The notes below the pieces were generated by a model. It saw nothing but the letters and a program-made list of their open reading frames with translations, was not told where the DNA came from and did no database searches. A program made the translations under genes and the position numbers. Positions 17,186 through 26,750 of a stretch of 64,000 nt of DNA are shown here, piece by piece (position 1 is the first letter of the stretch; every line of letters starts with the position of its first letter). The DNA is from Candidatus Micrarchaeota archaeon (GTDB taxonomy: Archaea > Micrarchaeota > Micrarchaeia > Burarchaeales > JAKAKT01): contig JBFYLO010000011.1 of the NCBI GenBank assembly GCA_041305385.1, positions 8,577-72,576 of the forward strand, read 5' to 3'.

Positions 17186-18424
17186 TCAGATAGGGAAAGC
17201 CCCGGTCGCCCTGTCGAACTCGCGGATTGCCTTCAGGAACTCCCTCATGCATCCCCTGCAGAGCAAGCCCGTCCTTCTCCTCCTGTCTGCCTCCCCAATC
17301 AGCTCCACGGCGTGCCTGAAAGCAGTTTCGAAATCGAGTCCGTCATTGAGGGCCTCGAAAAAGAGCCTCCTTTTCTCCAGAATAACAGGGCAGAAGTGCT
17401 CCCTCACCTTGCACCTCTTCGTGTTCTTTATGTGTTTCATAGTGTTCCTAAACTCCCGATACTTGGCTTCGTATTCCCGGAGCCTGGAAAGGGTGAAGTT
17501 CACCTTTTTGGTATACGGTTTTGAGAGGAGAAGCCACTTTATCGCAGTCACCGAGAACCCCATGCCCTGCAGCTGCTCGACTGAGTAGTAGTTCTTGAGG
17601 CTCTTGCTCATCTTCTTTCCGTTCACCATTAAGTGCCTCACGTGGAACCAGTATTTTGCCGGAATCTCTCCAGTCAGCGCCTGCACCTGGGCAATCTCGT
17701 TCTCGTGGTGCGAGAAGATGTTGTCGAACCCGCCTGCGTGGATGTCCATGGGAATTTTCAGGAATTTCATGCAGAGGACAGGGCATTCTGCGTTCCAGGA
17801 GGGCATTCCCTTCCCGAGCTTTGTTTTCCAGTAGATTTTTCCGTGCGATTTGCGGTAAGCATACCAAAGGAGGAAGTCGCCTGCCTGGAATCCCTGGTAA
17901 TCGTAGAGGCGAACGCGGGAGTTGAGCTGCTTTTTCATAAACTTGTATTTCGAGAGAATCCCGTAGTTCTTGGATTTCGAGATGTCGAAATAGATGTCCC
18001 CATTCAGCCCATAGGCATACCCTTTCTTCATCATTTCCTGAATTGCCGCAACCATCTCCTTGACATTTTTCGAAGCTCGCGGGTAACAAGTTGCAGGGAG
18101 GAGCCCGAATTCCTTGGTCCCATCGAAAAAGACTTTTGTGTTCTTCCTCATCAGACTCCAGAACTCGGTTTTGCTTTTTTTGGCAGCGGCAATCCCCTTC
18201 GTCTCAAGGTCCGTGATGTTCATTATGTGCCTGACCTTGTATCCATCGTGGACGAGGACCCGCTTCAGCAAATCCTCATAAATGAAGGTCCGGTAATTCC
18301 CAAGGTGCGGGAGGTCATAGACCGAGGGGCCGCAGGTGTAGAACTGAATCTCTTTCGGGTTCACAGGTATGAAATCCTCCTTCCTTCCAGTTATTGTGTT
18401 GTAGAGCCTAAGGGCCAAACTCAC
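17186..18424 (-). CDS. cysS: Cysteine--tRNA ligase
   Basis: Class I motifs: HLGNYRT (HIGH variant), KMSKS and the CysRS-specific FSHHENEIAQ. The short C-terminal domain gives 412 aa. Confidence 0.85.
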   Translation of the reverse strand: MSLALRLYNTITGRKEDFIPVNPKEIQFYTCGPSVYDLPHLGNYRTFIYEDLLKRVLVHDGYKVRHIMNITDLETKGIAAAKKSKTEFWSLMRKNTKVFFDGTKEFGLLPATCYPRASKNVKEMVAAIQEMMKKGYAYGLNGDIYFDISKSKNYGILSKYKFMKKQLNSRVRLYDYQGFQAGDFLLWYAYRKSHGKIYWKTKLGKGMPSWNAECPVLCMKFLKIPMDIHAGGFDNIFSHHENEIAQVQALTGEIPAKYWFHVRHLMVNGKKMSKSLKNYYSVEQLQGMGFSVTAIKWLLLSKPYTKKVNFTLSRLREYEAKYREFRNTMKHIKNTKRCKVREHFCPVILEKRRLFFEALNDGLDFETAFRHAVELIGEADRRRRTGLLCRGCMREFLKAIREFDRATGAFPI

Positions 18425-19182
18425 ACCTGCATGCGCTTGAAGCTATAAGTGCCAATGAGAATTGCGATTATCATCGTGGTCCCTATCACTAGCAGATCAA
18501 CAATTATTGGAAATTGCCCTCCCCCGACCATCACCTGCCTCAGCGCATCCACTCCGTAGAACAGCGGGTTGAGTTTAACCACGACGTCGAGCCAGCCCGG
18601 GAGGTTGCTGGTTGGAAACAGGGCCCCGGAGAACAGGAACATGGGCCACATCACGAAAGTCATCACCAGGTTGAATCCCTCGGGGCTCGAGAGGTTCGCC
18701 CCGATTATCAGGCCGATACTCACAAGGCAGGCCCCGAGATAGACTGCTATGAGAAAAGCGAGAATTGCCGTCAGAGGACTCAGGTTGAAACCAAACAGGG
18801 TGCTAGCAATCACCAACAGAAGGCCTGTCTGAATCGCCCCATCGGTGACTCCCCCAAGCATTTTCCCTATGAATACAGAGGTTCTGCTGACTGGGGCAAC
18901 CAGGACCTCCTTCAGGAAATCCAATTTCCTGTCCCACACGATGTAAACTCCATAGAAAAGCGAGACAAACAGCACATTCATCGAAATTATTCCTGGAAAC
19001 ACGAAATCCTTGTAGTTGACTCCCTGCAAATCAACAGATGCCCCGAGCCCGGTCCCGAGGGCTGCGAGCCAGAGGAGCGGGGTGATTATGGACGAGACTA
19101 CCCTCTCCTTTTCCCTGAAGAAAACCTTGACTTCCCGGAGCCAAATGCCGTAAATCCCAGTTAGTTCGCTCATAAATCTCAT
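18421..19182 (-). CDS. ABC-2 type transporter permease
   Basis: Six predicted TM helices, 4-bp overlaps with both neighbours, and ABC-2 family topology. Confidence 0.7.
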   Translation of the reverse strand: MRFMSELTGIYGIWLREVKVFFREKERVVSSIITPLLWLAALGTGLGASVDLQGVNYKDFVFPGIISMNVLFVSLFYGVYIVWDRKLDFLKEVLVAPVSRTSVFIGKMLGGVTDGAIQTGLLLVIASTLFGFNLSPLTAILAFLIAVYLGACLVSIGLIIGANLSSPEGFNLVMTFVMWPMFLFSGALFPTSNLPGWLDVVVKLNPLFYGVDALRQVMVGGGQFPIIVDLLVIGTTMIIAILIGTYSFKRMQV

Positions 19183-20141
19183 CTATTGTTCGAGTTCATG
19201 GTCCTCTCGAAAATGCCCCCTTCCGCATGGTCCTCCCTGATGTCTTTTCCAGTGTAGTGGATGAACACGTCGTTCAAAGTCGGTTTTCGGACCTCTATTT
19301 CTCCAAGCTCGCCAGTTTTCGCCAAAAGCGCGCAGAGGTTCTTCCCAGCGTTCTCGACCTTTATTTTTACGAGCTCCCCACTCCGCTCGATTCCCTTCAC
19401 GAACTTGAGCCCCTTCGTGAGCTTCGCGATGTCCTTGTCCGTTTTCGCCATTACTATGTCGTCTGCCCCAAGGCTCTTTTTCAATTCGAATGGAGTCCCA
19501 AGGGTGATTAGCTTACCGTGGTCAATTATGGCAATCCTGTCCGCCAGATTTTCGGCTTCCTCCATGTAATGGGTTGTCAGGAGAACGGTTATGTTCTGCT
19601 TTCTCGCCAGGTCCCGTATGTAAGTCCATATGTGGTTCCTGGTCTGCGGGTCAAGGCCAGTTGTCGGCTCATCGAGGAAAAGAACCTTTGGCATGTGCAG
19701 GAGGCCCCTGGCTATTTCTGCCCGCTTCCTCATCCCTCCTGAGTAAGTTTTAATCTGCCCGTCCGCCCTGTCAAAGAGCCCCACGATTTTCAGGACTTCG
19801 GGGATTCTCCTGAGCCTCTCGCTCTTTTCCATTCCGTACAGCAATCCATGAAGCTCGAGGTTCTCCCTCGCTGTGAGCAGGTCGTCTATGCTCGGGGACT
19901 GGAAGACAATGCCTATTGACTTTCTTACTTGGAGAGCCTGGTCCCTGATGTCAAATCCGTTGACAGTGGCAGTCCCGCTCGTGGGCGCGAGAAGCGAGGT
20001 CAGCATCGAAATTGTCGTTGTTTTTCCAGCCCCATTGGGCCCGAGGAGAGCAAAAATCTCGCCCTCCTTAATCACGAGGTCCAGAGCATCCACTGCCGTC
20101 AAGTTGCCGAACTTCTTAGTAAGCTTGAAAGTCTTAATCAC
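19179..20141 (-). CDS. ABC transporter ATP-binding protein
   Basis: Walker A GPNGAGKTT, signature YSGGMRKR, and Walker B LLFLDEPTTGLD. Confidence 0.88.
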   Translation of the reverse strand: MIKTFKLTKKFGNLTAVDALDLVIKEGEIFALLGPNGAGKTTTISMLTSLLAPTSGTATVNGFDIRDQALQVRKSIGIVFQSPSIDDLLTARENLELHGLLYGMEKSERLRRIPEVLKIVGLFDRADGQIKTYSGGMRKRAEIARGLLHMPKVLFLDEPTTGLDPQTRNHIWTYIRDLARKQNITVLLTTHYMEEAENLADRIAIIDHGKLITLGTPFELKKSLGADDIVMAKTDKDIAKLTKGLKFVKGIERSGELVKIKVENAGKNLCALLAKTGELGEIEVRKPTLNDVFIHYTGKDIREDHAEGGIFERTMNSNNR

Positions 20142-20243
20142 AATAAGCCCTTTAGAGAATAGGTCCCGGGAATTTAAAACATTAGCGGAGGCTTAACATC
20201 GTTAGGAATTCCAATTAAAAAATCTTCCCGCCAAATTCTTTTC

Positions 20244-20540
20244 ATGAAAAAATTCAAGTCTGGTTCAGAGTTCAAGGCAAGCCTAAACAATGACGAAGTG
20301 ACTGCAGTTTTCTACATGGCCTACTGCCCTTTCTGCCGCGCATTCTGCCCGAAGTTTGAAGCGAAATTCGGCAAGAGCGATAAGCACGTTATGGTTGCCA
20401 TTGATGAGGATTCGGATTGCTCCTGGGTTGACTACAAAATCGATGCTGTTCCAACTGTGCTTGTTTTCAAGGGGAAGAAAATTGTGAAGCGATTCGATGC
20501 GGTTCCCGGAGCCGGGCTGAAAATTGAAGACGTGAAATAA
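20244..20540 (+). CDS. Thioredoxin-like protein (CPFC active site)
   Basis: AVFYMAYCPFCRAF...VPTVLVFKGKK. Confidence 0.6.
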   Translation: MKKFKSGSEFKASLNNDEVTAVFYMAYCPFCRAFCPKFEAKFGKSDKHVMVAIDEDSDCSWVDYKIDAVPTVLVFKGKKIVKRFDAVPGAGLKIEDVK

Positions 20541-20542
20541 GA

Positions 20543-21292
20543 CTAACTCGAAGCATTTTTCCAAAGAAGCTTAAAGTGGATGTTGTAAGCTTTCGCCAGC
20601 TGCTTGCTCACCATCATGACTGCAAAGAAATCGTCCTGCGTTGGATGGTAAATGATCACCCTGTCCGCATAGAGAATTATTGAAGATGGGAGGTCCATCC
20701 CGCTCGGAAGCCATCGCACCTTTACGTTCTCCCCCCTCAGTTCTTCTAAGCCCTGTTTTTCCGCGCTCGCCAGCACATACCTGTTGATTTTGAGTTTTTC
20801 CATCTGCTTTAGGAAATTCAGCCACCAAACTCCCACAACTTGATACGACCTCCCAGTCCACCCGATTGTCCTCCATTTCGCCCCCATTTTAGTGTGCTTC
20901 ATCAAGTCCATGAATACTGTCTTGAATCCCTCCTTCCCCCTAAACATCATTACGTCGAACCGTTCCCCCCTCTCAGGAGTTATCTGCTTTATTTTCTTAA
21001 TTGCAGCGTCAAGTTCAGTGTTCAGTCTCTTCAGTTCAGCTTCCTTTTGCCTTAGAACATCCCTCAATCTCTCAGGTTCAGCAGCCTGAAAATGCCTCTT
21101 GTTGTCCCTTATGGCAAATGAGGCGAGCCCTTTCGTTCCTAAGGAATTCAACGAGTCGTACACGTGCGGCCTGCTGATGTTCGTGCGCTTAACCAGCGTG
21201 CTCGCCGGGCAGGGGCCGTATTCAGCAAGAAGAAGATAGACCTCTGCCTCCTGTTTTGAGAGGCCAAGTCTCTCGAGCTCCGGTATTTCCAT
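20543..21292 (-). CDS. TrmB-family transcriptional regulator
   Basis: N-terminal wHTH LGLSKQEAEVYLLLAEYGPCPASTLVKRTNISRPHVYDSLNSL plus a C-terminal TrmB sensor-like domain. ATG at 21292 is chosen over the long hydrophobic extension to 21403. Confidence 0.7.
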   Translation of the reverse strand: MEIPELERLGLSKQEAEVYLLLAEYGPCPASTLVKRTNISRPHVYDSLNSLGTKGLASFAIRDNKRHFQAAEPERLRDVLRQKEAELKRLNTELDAAIKKIKQITPERGERFDVMMFRGKEGFKTVFMDLMKHTKMGAKWRTIGWTGRSYQVVGVWWLNFLKQMEKLKINRYVLASAEKQGLEELRGENVKVRWLPSGMDLPSSIILYADRVIIYHPTQDDFFAVMMVSKQLAKAYNIHFKLLWKNASS

Positions 21293-21356
21293 ATGGAGGG
21301 CCTGTTGTCCATTTTCAGGACAACATACCTTATTAGGCAGGAAAACATAAATACGT

Positions 21357-22484
21357 ATGTCCATGAGCAACAGGACAAAAAAAGTAGTCCGAGGGACAAT
21401 CAAAAAACCTACGGACTACGGGTTTCAGGTCATAACTCCCTGGTTCCGCGAGCACCAGAAGACCGAGGCAAGGGAAAAACTGATTTCCGAAGCCCTCCGA
21501 AAAGGCCGGATGAGCCTTTATGTTCACATCCCTTTCTGTAAATCCAAATGCGCCTATTGTGCCTATGTCTCAAGGACGCCCACGACCGACCTAGTGGACT
21601 CATACTTCGAAGCTCTAAAAAACGAGATTCAGTTATTTGGGTCGCTTTCGAACGTCCAAGTGACATCAATATACTTTGGAGGAGGCACTCCAACGCTCAT
21701 CCCAACAAAACTACTAGAAACGATGGCTTTCGTGCGCTCTCGGTTTTCAGTGAAGGAAGGCGCAGAAATAACAGTCGAAACCCACCCGAAAACAGTAAAT
21801 ACGCGCCTTTTATCTTCTCTGAAAAAAGCAGGCGTTAACCGGCTTTCCATGGGTGTCCAGTCATTCTCAAATGAAATTTTGAAAGCTATGAACCGAGGCC
21901 ACACGGCAGAGGAGGCGATTGATGCAGCACAAAAAATCAGGGCTGCAGGGTTTCAGAGGTTCAATATAGACCTAATTTACGCCTACCCAAAGCAGGACAT
22001 TGAAATTTGGATGAAAACCCTTGAGCAGGCAGTTGTGCTTTGCCCTACTGAGATTACAACTTACCGTGTAAGGCTCGGAAACAGGGGGGGCAAAACGCCG
22101 CTCAGGCTCCAGTATGAAACGAGCCCGGAAGACTTTCCGGACGAGGCTCTCGTATCAAAAATGGAGACAAGTACGAGGAAAATCTTGGGGAAGAACGGCT
22201 ATTCCGAAAGTCCCGTCGGATGGTTCATAAAAGAAGGAGTGTGCGAGCCACAGATGTGCATCGACAGGTGGAGGGACCAGGTCCCGCTGATTGGATTTGG
22301 GCCCGGGGCATATTCCATGGGGCAGCTCTCCCAATACCAAAACACCAGCAATATACTGGAATATGTTGAACGAGCTGATCCCAGCAACCCAACCGCATTA
22401 ATAGAAAAGGGCATGGTTTTGACCAAAACCGAGGCGGAAGCGGCCAGGGATTGGAAAAAGAAAAAGTTTTCTGACAACGAGTGA
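21357..22484 (+). CDS. Radical SAM protein, HemW/HemN-like (heme chaperone / coproporphyrinogen III oxidase-like)
   Basis: LYVHIPFCKSKCAYCAY (CxxxCxxC), GGGTPT and the HemN C-terminal domain. Confidence 0.75.
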   Translation: MSMSNRTKKVVRGTIKKPTDYGFQVITPWFREHQKTEAREKLISEALRKGRMSLYVHIPFCKSKCAYCAYVSRTPTTDLVDSYFEALKNEIQLFGSLSNVQVTSIYFGGGTPTLIPTKLLETMAFVRSRFSVKEGAEITVETHPKTVNTRLLSSLKKAGVNRLSMGVQSFSNEILKAMNRGHTAEEAIDAAQKIRAAGFQRFNIDLIYAYPKQDIEIWMKTLEQAVVLCPTEITTYRVRLGNRGGKTPLRLQYETSPEDFPDEALVSKMETSTRKILGKNGYSESPVGWFIKEGVCEPQMCIDRWRDQVPLIGFGPGAYSMGQLSQYQNTSNILEYVERADPSNPTALIEKGMVLTKTEAEAARDWKKKKFSDNE

Positions 22485-22531
22485 CTATCGGCTAGAAATC
22501 CCTTTAAGCTTAACCAGGCATACCAAGTCGG

Positions 22532-25102
22532 ATGGCAGACCTGGATTTGACGAAAATAAATGGCCTTTCCGAAGCAGAAGCAGCCGAATTCTTAATAAAA
22601 AATGGCCCAAACGAGCTCCCCTCATCAAAACCAAGGGGCGTGCTCCACATGGCCATCGAAGTGATAAAGGAGCCCATGTTCCTCCTGCTCATTGCCGGGG
22701 GCCTCATCTATCTCGCCCTGGGCGAACCCAGGGATGCAATGCTCCTGTTCTTCTTCGTGTTCGTAGTCATCGCAATAACTTTCTACCAGGAGAGGAAAAC
22801 CGAGCGGGCGCTCGAAGCCCTCAGGGACCTCTCAAGCCCGAGAGCCCTGGTGATTAGGGGCGGGGAGCAGAGGAGAATCGCCGGGAAGGAAGTGGTGAAG
22901 GGCGACATAATCCTCCTTTCAGAGGGGGACAGGGTCCCGGCTGATGCGGTTGTCCTTGCATGCTCAAACCTCTCAGTTGATGAGTCTCTTCTCACTGGCG
23001 AGTCTGTCCCGGTGCGAAAGTCGACCTGGGATGGGGAAGCGAAAATGTCCGCCCCTGGAGGAGACGACCTCCCGTCAATCTATTCCGGAACCCTTGTCGT
23101 TTCCGGAAGGGGAGTTGCGAGAGTCGAGTCAACTGGAATGAGCACCGAGATGGGAAAAATAGGGAGGGCGCTCACAACAATTGAAACTGAAAAGACGCTT
23201 CTCCAAAAGGAGACTGCAGTGATTGTCAGGAATTTCGCTCTGGCAGGGCTTCTCCTGTGCGCCCTGGTTGTAGCTTCCTATGGATTAATTCAAAACCAGT
23301 GGCTTTCAGGCCTTCTTGCAGGAATAACCACTGCCATGGCTATTCTCCCGGAGGAATTCCCGGTAGTTCTAACTGTATTCCTTGCTCTCGGGGCCTGGAG
23401 GATGTCAAAGAAGAACGTTCTTGCGAGCAGGATTCCTGCGCTCGAGACACTTGGCTCGGCGACAGTCCTTTGTGTGGACAAGACCGGAACCCTGACCATG
23501 AACCAGATGTCAGTGGCAAGCCTTTATGCCAGGGGCAAATCATGGTCCCAGGAAGAAGGAGGGTTCCCGGAGGAGTTCCACGAGCTTCTCGAATTCGGGA
23601 TTCTCGCAAGCCAGAAGGACCCGTTCGACCCGATGGAGAAGGCGGTGCGAGGCCTCGGGGAAACCGCCCCATTCAAGTCCGAGCACATTCACAACGACTG
23701 GGTCCTGATCCGCGAGTATCCGCTCTCCGAGAAGCTGCTTGCGATGTCCCACGTCTGGAAATCGCTGGATGGAAAGGATTATGTGATTGCAGTCAAGGGA
23801 GCGCCCGAGGCTGTCGCCGACCTCTGCCATTTCCCAAAAAGGCAGAACGAGGAGCTCTCCAAAAGCATAACCGAGCTAGCCTCCGAGGGCCTCAGGGTGC
23901 TCGGGGTTGCCAAAGCCCAGTTCAAGGCAAAGAGGCTTCCCAAGGAGCAGCACGATTTCGAATTCGAGTTCCTCGGGCTCATCGGATTCTCGGACCCAGT
24001 CAGGCCTGGGGTTCCCGGGTCAGTGAAAGATTGCCATTCAGCCGGCATTCGCGTCATAATGATAACCGGGGACTACCCAGCCACTGCGAGCAACATCGCG
24101 AGGCAAATCGGGCTTGCGAACCCGCAGAACGTAATCACGGGCCCGGAACTTGATGCGATGCCGGACTCCGAGCTTCAGGAGCGCATAAAGACCACCAATC
24201 TCTTCGCGAGAGCAGTGCCTGAGCAGAAGCTTCGGATTGTGAACGCCCTCAAGGCGAACGGTGAGATAGTCGCCATGACGGGTGATGGAGTGAACGACGC
24301 CCCAGCGCTCAAGGCCGCACACATAGGTGTGGCCATGGGGAAGAGGGGAACGGATGTAGCGAGAGAGTCCTCGGCCCTCGTCATTCTTGATGACGACTTC
24401 TCCTCAATCGTTGGCGCAGTCAGGATGGGACGAAGGCTCCTGGACAACATAAAGAAGGCGATGGCCTACATTTTCGCAATCCATGTGCCCATAGCAGGCC
24501 TCTCCCTCATCCCAGCAGTCATGAATTGGCCGGCAATGCTCTTCCCAGTTCACGTTGTCTTCCTCGAGCTCATAATCGACCCAGCCTGCTCCATAGTGTT
24601 CGAGGCAGAGCGGGAAGAGGCGGACGTGATGGGGCGCAAACCGAGGGACCCGAAGAAGCCGCTGTTCGGGAAGAGGGCCGTGGGCCTAAGCCTCCTCCAG
24701 GGCGCAAGCGTGCTCGCAATCGTGCTCGCCATCTACTGGTTTTTCCTTTCCAATGGACCATTCGGCGCCGATGGCCCAGAGGCCCGCACAATCGCCTTCA
24801 CCACCCTGGTTATCGCGAACCTGAGCCTCATACTGTCAAACCTCTCATGGTCGCACTCGTTAATCGGCTCGCTTCGGTCCGGCAATTCCGCGCTCCTGGT
24901 TGTCTTGGGAGGGGCGCTCGGAGTTCTGGCTCTTGTGCTCTACGTTCCTTTCCTCCAGAAACTCTTCCATTTCGCCCCGCTTCATGCTGAAGATATCCTC
25001 CTGTGCCTTTCCGCAGGCGCCCTAAGCGTAATCTGGTTTGAGGCGCTGAAGTTCGTGCACAGAAAGAGCAGGGGAGTTTACGATGGCCCGATAACGCCCT
25101 AG
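22532..25102 (+). CDS. Cation-transporting P-type ATPase (type II, Ca2+/Mn2+-like)
   Basis: DKTGTLT phosphorylation site, TGDGVNDAPALK, TGES, PEEFP in the M4 region, and ten predicted TM segments. Confidence 0.9.
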   Translation: MADLDLTKINGLSEAEAAEFLIKNGPNELPSSKPRGVLHMAIEVIKEPMFLLLIAGGLIYLALGEPRDAMLLFFFVFVVIAITFYQERKTERALEALRDLSSPRALVIRGGEQRRIAGKEVVKGDIILLSEGDRVPADAVVLACSNLSVDESLLTGESVPVRKSTWDGEAKMSAPGGDDLPSIYSGTLVVSGRGVARVESTGMSTEMGKIGRALTTIETEKTLLQKETAVIVRNFALAGLLLCALVVASYGLIQNQWLSGLLAGITTAMAILPEEFPVVLTVFLALGAWRMSKKNVLASRIPALETLGSATVLCVDKTGTLTMNQMSVASLYARGKSWSQEEGGFPEEFHELLEFGILASQKDPFDPMEKAVRGLGETAPFKSEHIHNDWVLIREYPLSEKLLAMSHVWKSLDGKDYVIAVKGAPEAVADLCHFPKRQNEELSKSITELASEGLRVLGVAKAQFKAKRLPKEQHDFEFEFLGLIGFSDPVRPGVPGSVKDCHSAGIRVIMITGDYPATASNIARQIGLANPQNVITGPELDAMPDSELQERIKTTNLFARAVPEQKLRIVNALKANGEIVAMTGDGVNDAPALKAAHIGVAMGKRGTDVARESSALVILDDDFSSIVGAVRMGRRLLDNIKKAMAYIFAIHVPIAGLSLIPAVMNWPAMLFPVHVVFLELIIDPACSIVFEAEREEADVMGRKPRDPKKPLFGKRAVGLSLLQGASVLAIVLAIYWFFLSNGPFGADGPEARTIAFTTLVIANLSLILSNLSWSHSLIGSLRSGNSALLVVLGGALGVLALVLYVPFLQKLFHFAPLHAEDILLCLSAGALSVIWFEALKFVHRKSRGVYDGPITP

Positions 25103-25170
25103 GTCTCCCCAACACGGTTCGCCCGGCCCAGAGATTCCAGAACCAAGCGAGCCGCATTATTTTTTGGTTG

Positions 25171-25419
25171 CTACTTCTTCGAAGTGCTAACTCCGAGCAG
25201 CGAATACAGCAGGCATGAGTTCCTCACAGCTGTCACGAGCAGTATCAGCCCCAGAAACGCAAGAACCGCCTTAACCCACAAATCAAATTTCGCCATTCCG
25301 AACTCCATTGTAATAACGAGCGCCAGAAGCGAAATTCCGAGTATCAGCCTAACAACCTTGTCTCTCGAACCCACATTCTTTTCATTAATCATCTTCATCA
25401 GGTTCATACAATCACCCAA
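25171..25419 (-). CDS. Small inner-membrane protein (DUF2892/YgaP-like)
   Basis: SRDKVVRLILGISLL plus a second TM helix, typical of DUF2892. Confidence 0.45.
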   Translation of the reverse strand: MGDCMNLMKMINEKNVGSRDKVVRLILGISLLALVITMEFGMAKFDLWVKAVLAFLGLILLVTAVRNSCLLYSLLGVSTSKK

Positions 25420-25505
25420 AGTCTTAGCGCTGCGAATCCTTATTAAATGTTTTCGCTGAAAACCCCTCTGTATCCGGCGAAAGCCGGTCGGAGAACGGTG
25501 ATGGA

Positions 25506-25733
25506 ATGGTGGATCTCACTCCAATCGAGCAAAACATCGTGAGGGCGCTCCAGGAGCTGGGCGCGTCTGACGAAACAAAGATGAAGACAGCGGATGACGT
25601 GATGAAGAAGTGCAAGATGGCGAAGGGGCAGATTGCCAACGCACTCATTACCCTGGTGAACAAGGGAGTCGTCGTGCGGAAGGCCCGCGAGAAATCCGCA
25701 GGCTACTTCGTTAAGAAGCAGGAAGGCCAGTAG
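25506..25733 (+). CDS. Small winged-helix DNA-binding protein, hypothetical
   Basis: 75 aa, basic, with a helix-turn-helix-like segment GQIANALITLVNKGVVVRK. Confidence 0.35.
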   Translation: MVDLTPIEQNIVRALQELGASDETKMKTADDVMKKCKMAKGQIANALITLVNKGVVVRKAREKSAGYFVKKQEGQ

Positions 25734-25769
25734 CTACTTTTCTCTTTTCATACCCCCAGCGCAAGCCTG

Positions 25770-26483
25770 CTAGCCGAGCCCGATGCACTTGGTGGGCGAA
25801 ACCTCCGCGAGCTTGGCGAAGTTCCCAGTCAATATGAGCACCCCTATAATCACCAGGACAGCCCCCATGAGCCTGTTGAAATACATGAATGCCCGTCCGT
25901 GTTTCCTTATCAAGCCGCTCACTTGTGCCGTGAAAGCGCCCGTTATCGCGAAGGGGACCGCCAGTCCAAGCGAGTAAAGCAGGAGAAGAATGAATGAGCT
26001 CCCAGGGGAGGTTGTTGCGATTCCCAGTATCGCCGCCAGCGTAATCCCGACGCAGGGAGACCAGCTTATCGCAAAAGCCGCCCCGAAAATAAACGAGGTC
26101 AGGTAGGCGTAGCGCGTCTTCATGGGCTTCAGCTTCCTCTCCTTCTCCAGGAATCCGAGCCTGATGAGCCCAAGCACCGAGAGCCCGAAGAAGACAATCG
26201 CAAGTCCGGACGCCTTGCTCACGACATCCAGGGCCTGTGAGGATAGGCTGTCAAGCGCGCCTTTCACCAGCACCCCGAGAACCGAGAACACGACGACAAA
26301 TCCCATTATGAAGAAGAACGTGTTCATCATCGTCTTCTCCCGTGCCGCGTTTTTCCCTGCGCCCTCGCTGAGGCCGAAACCGCCCAGGTATGAGACAAAA
26401 GCAGGCACCAGGGGAAGGAAGCACGGCGAAAGCACAGAAGCCAGCCCCGCCATGAATGCAGTTATGAGCGCTATCTCTGCCAT
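25770..26483 (-). CDS. ccdA: Cytochrome c-type biogenesis / thiol-disulfide transporter CcdA (DsbD core)
   Basis: VLSPCFLPLVPAFVSYL and WSPCVG show the two conserved Cys in TM1 and TM4; six TM segments. Confidence 0.8.
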   Translation of the reverse strand: MAEIALITAFMAGLASVLSPCFLPLVPAFVSYLGGFGLSEGAGKNAAREKTMMNTFFFIMGFVVVFSVLGVLVKGALDSLSSQALDVVSKASGLAIVFFGLSVLGLIRLGFLEKERKLKPMKTRYAYLTSFIFGAAFAISWSPCVGITLAAILGIATTSPGSSFILLLLYSLGLAVPFAITGAFTAQVSGLIRKHGRAFMYFNRLMGAVLVIIGVLILTGNFAKLAEVSPTKCIGLG

Positions 26484-26750
26484 AAGTCTCCCGCTTTAAA
26501 TGCTGCGGGCAAGAATAAAAAACCGCCAGTCGATGCCATCCAGATAATGGCATGGGCGGACATACGCCCAACCAACGAGATAACTCGGGTTGCGCCCGAG
26601 CCTCGCCAACGCCGAGCGCGCAACGCCGGCGAACCCGAAAAATCAGGTTGGCATGGTGTAGCTCTTCCGAAGTGCCCTTCAGGCAACCCTGGAAATCATC
26701 TGGCGCTTGTGGTTCTGGCCTATCTCTGGGATTCGCCCTATTAATCTGTT

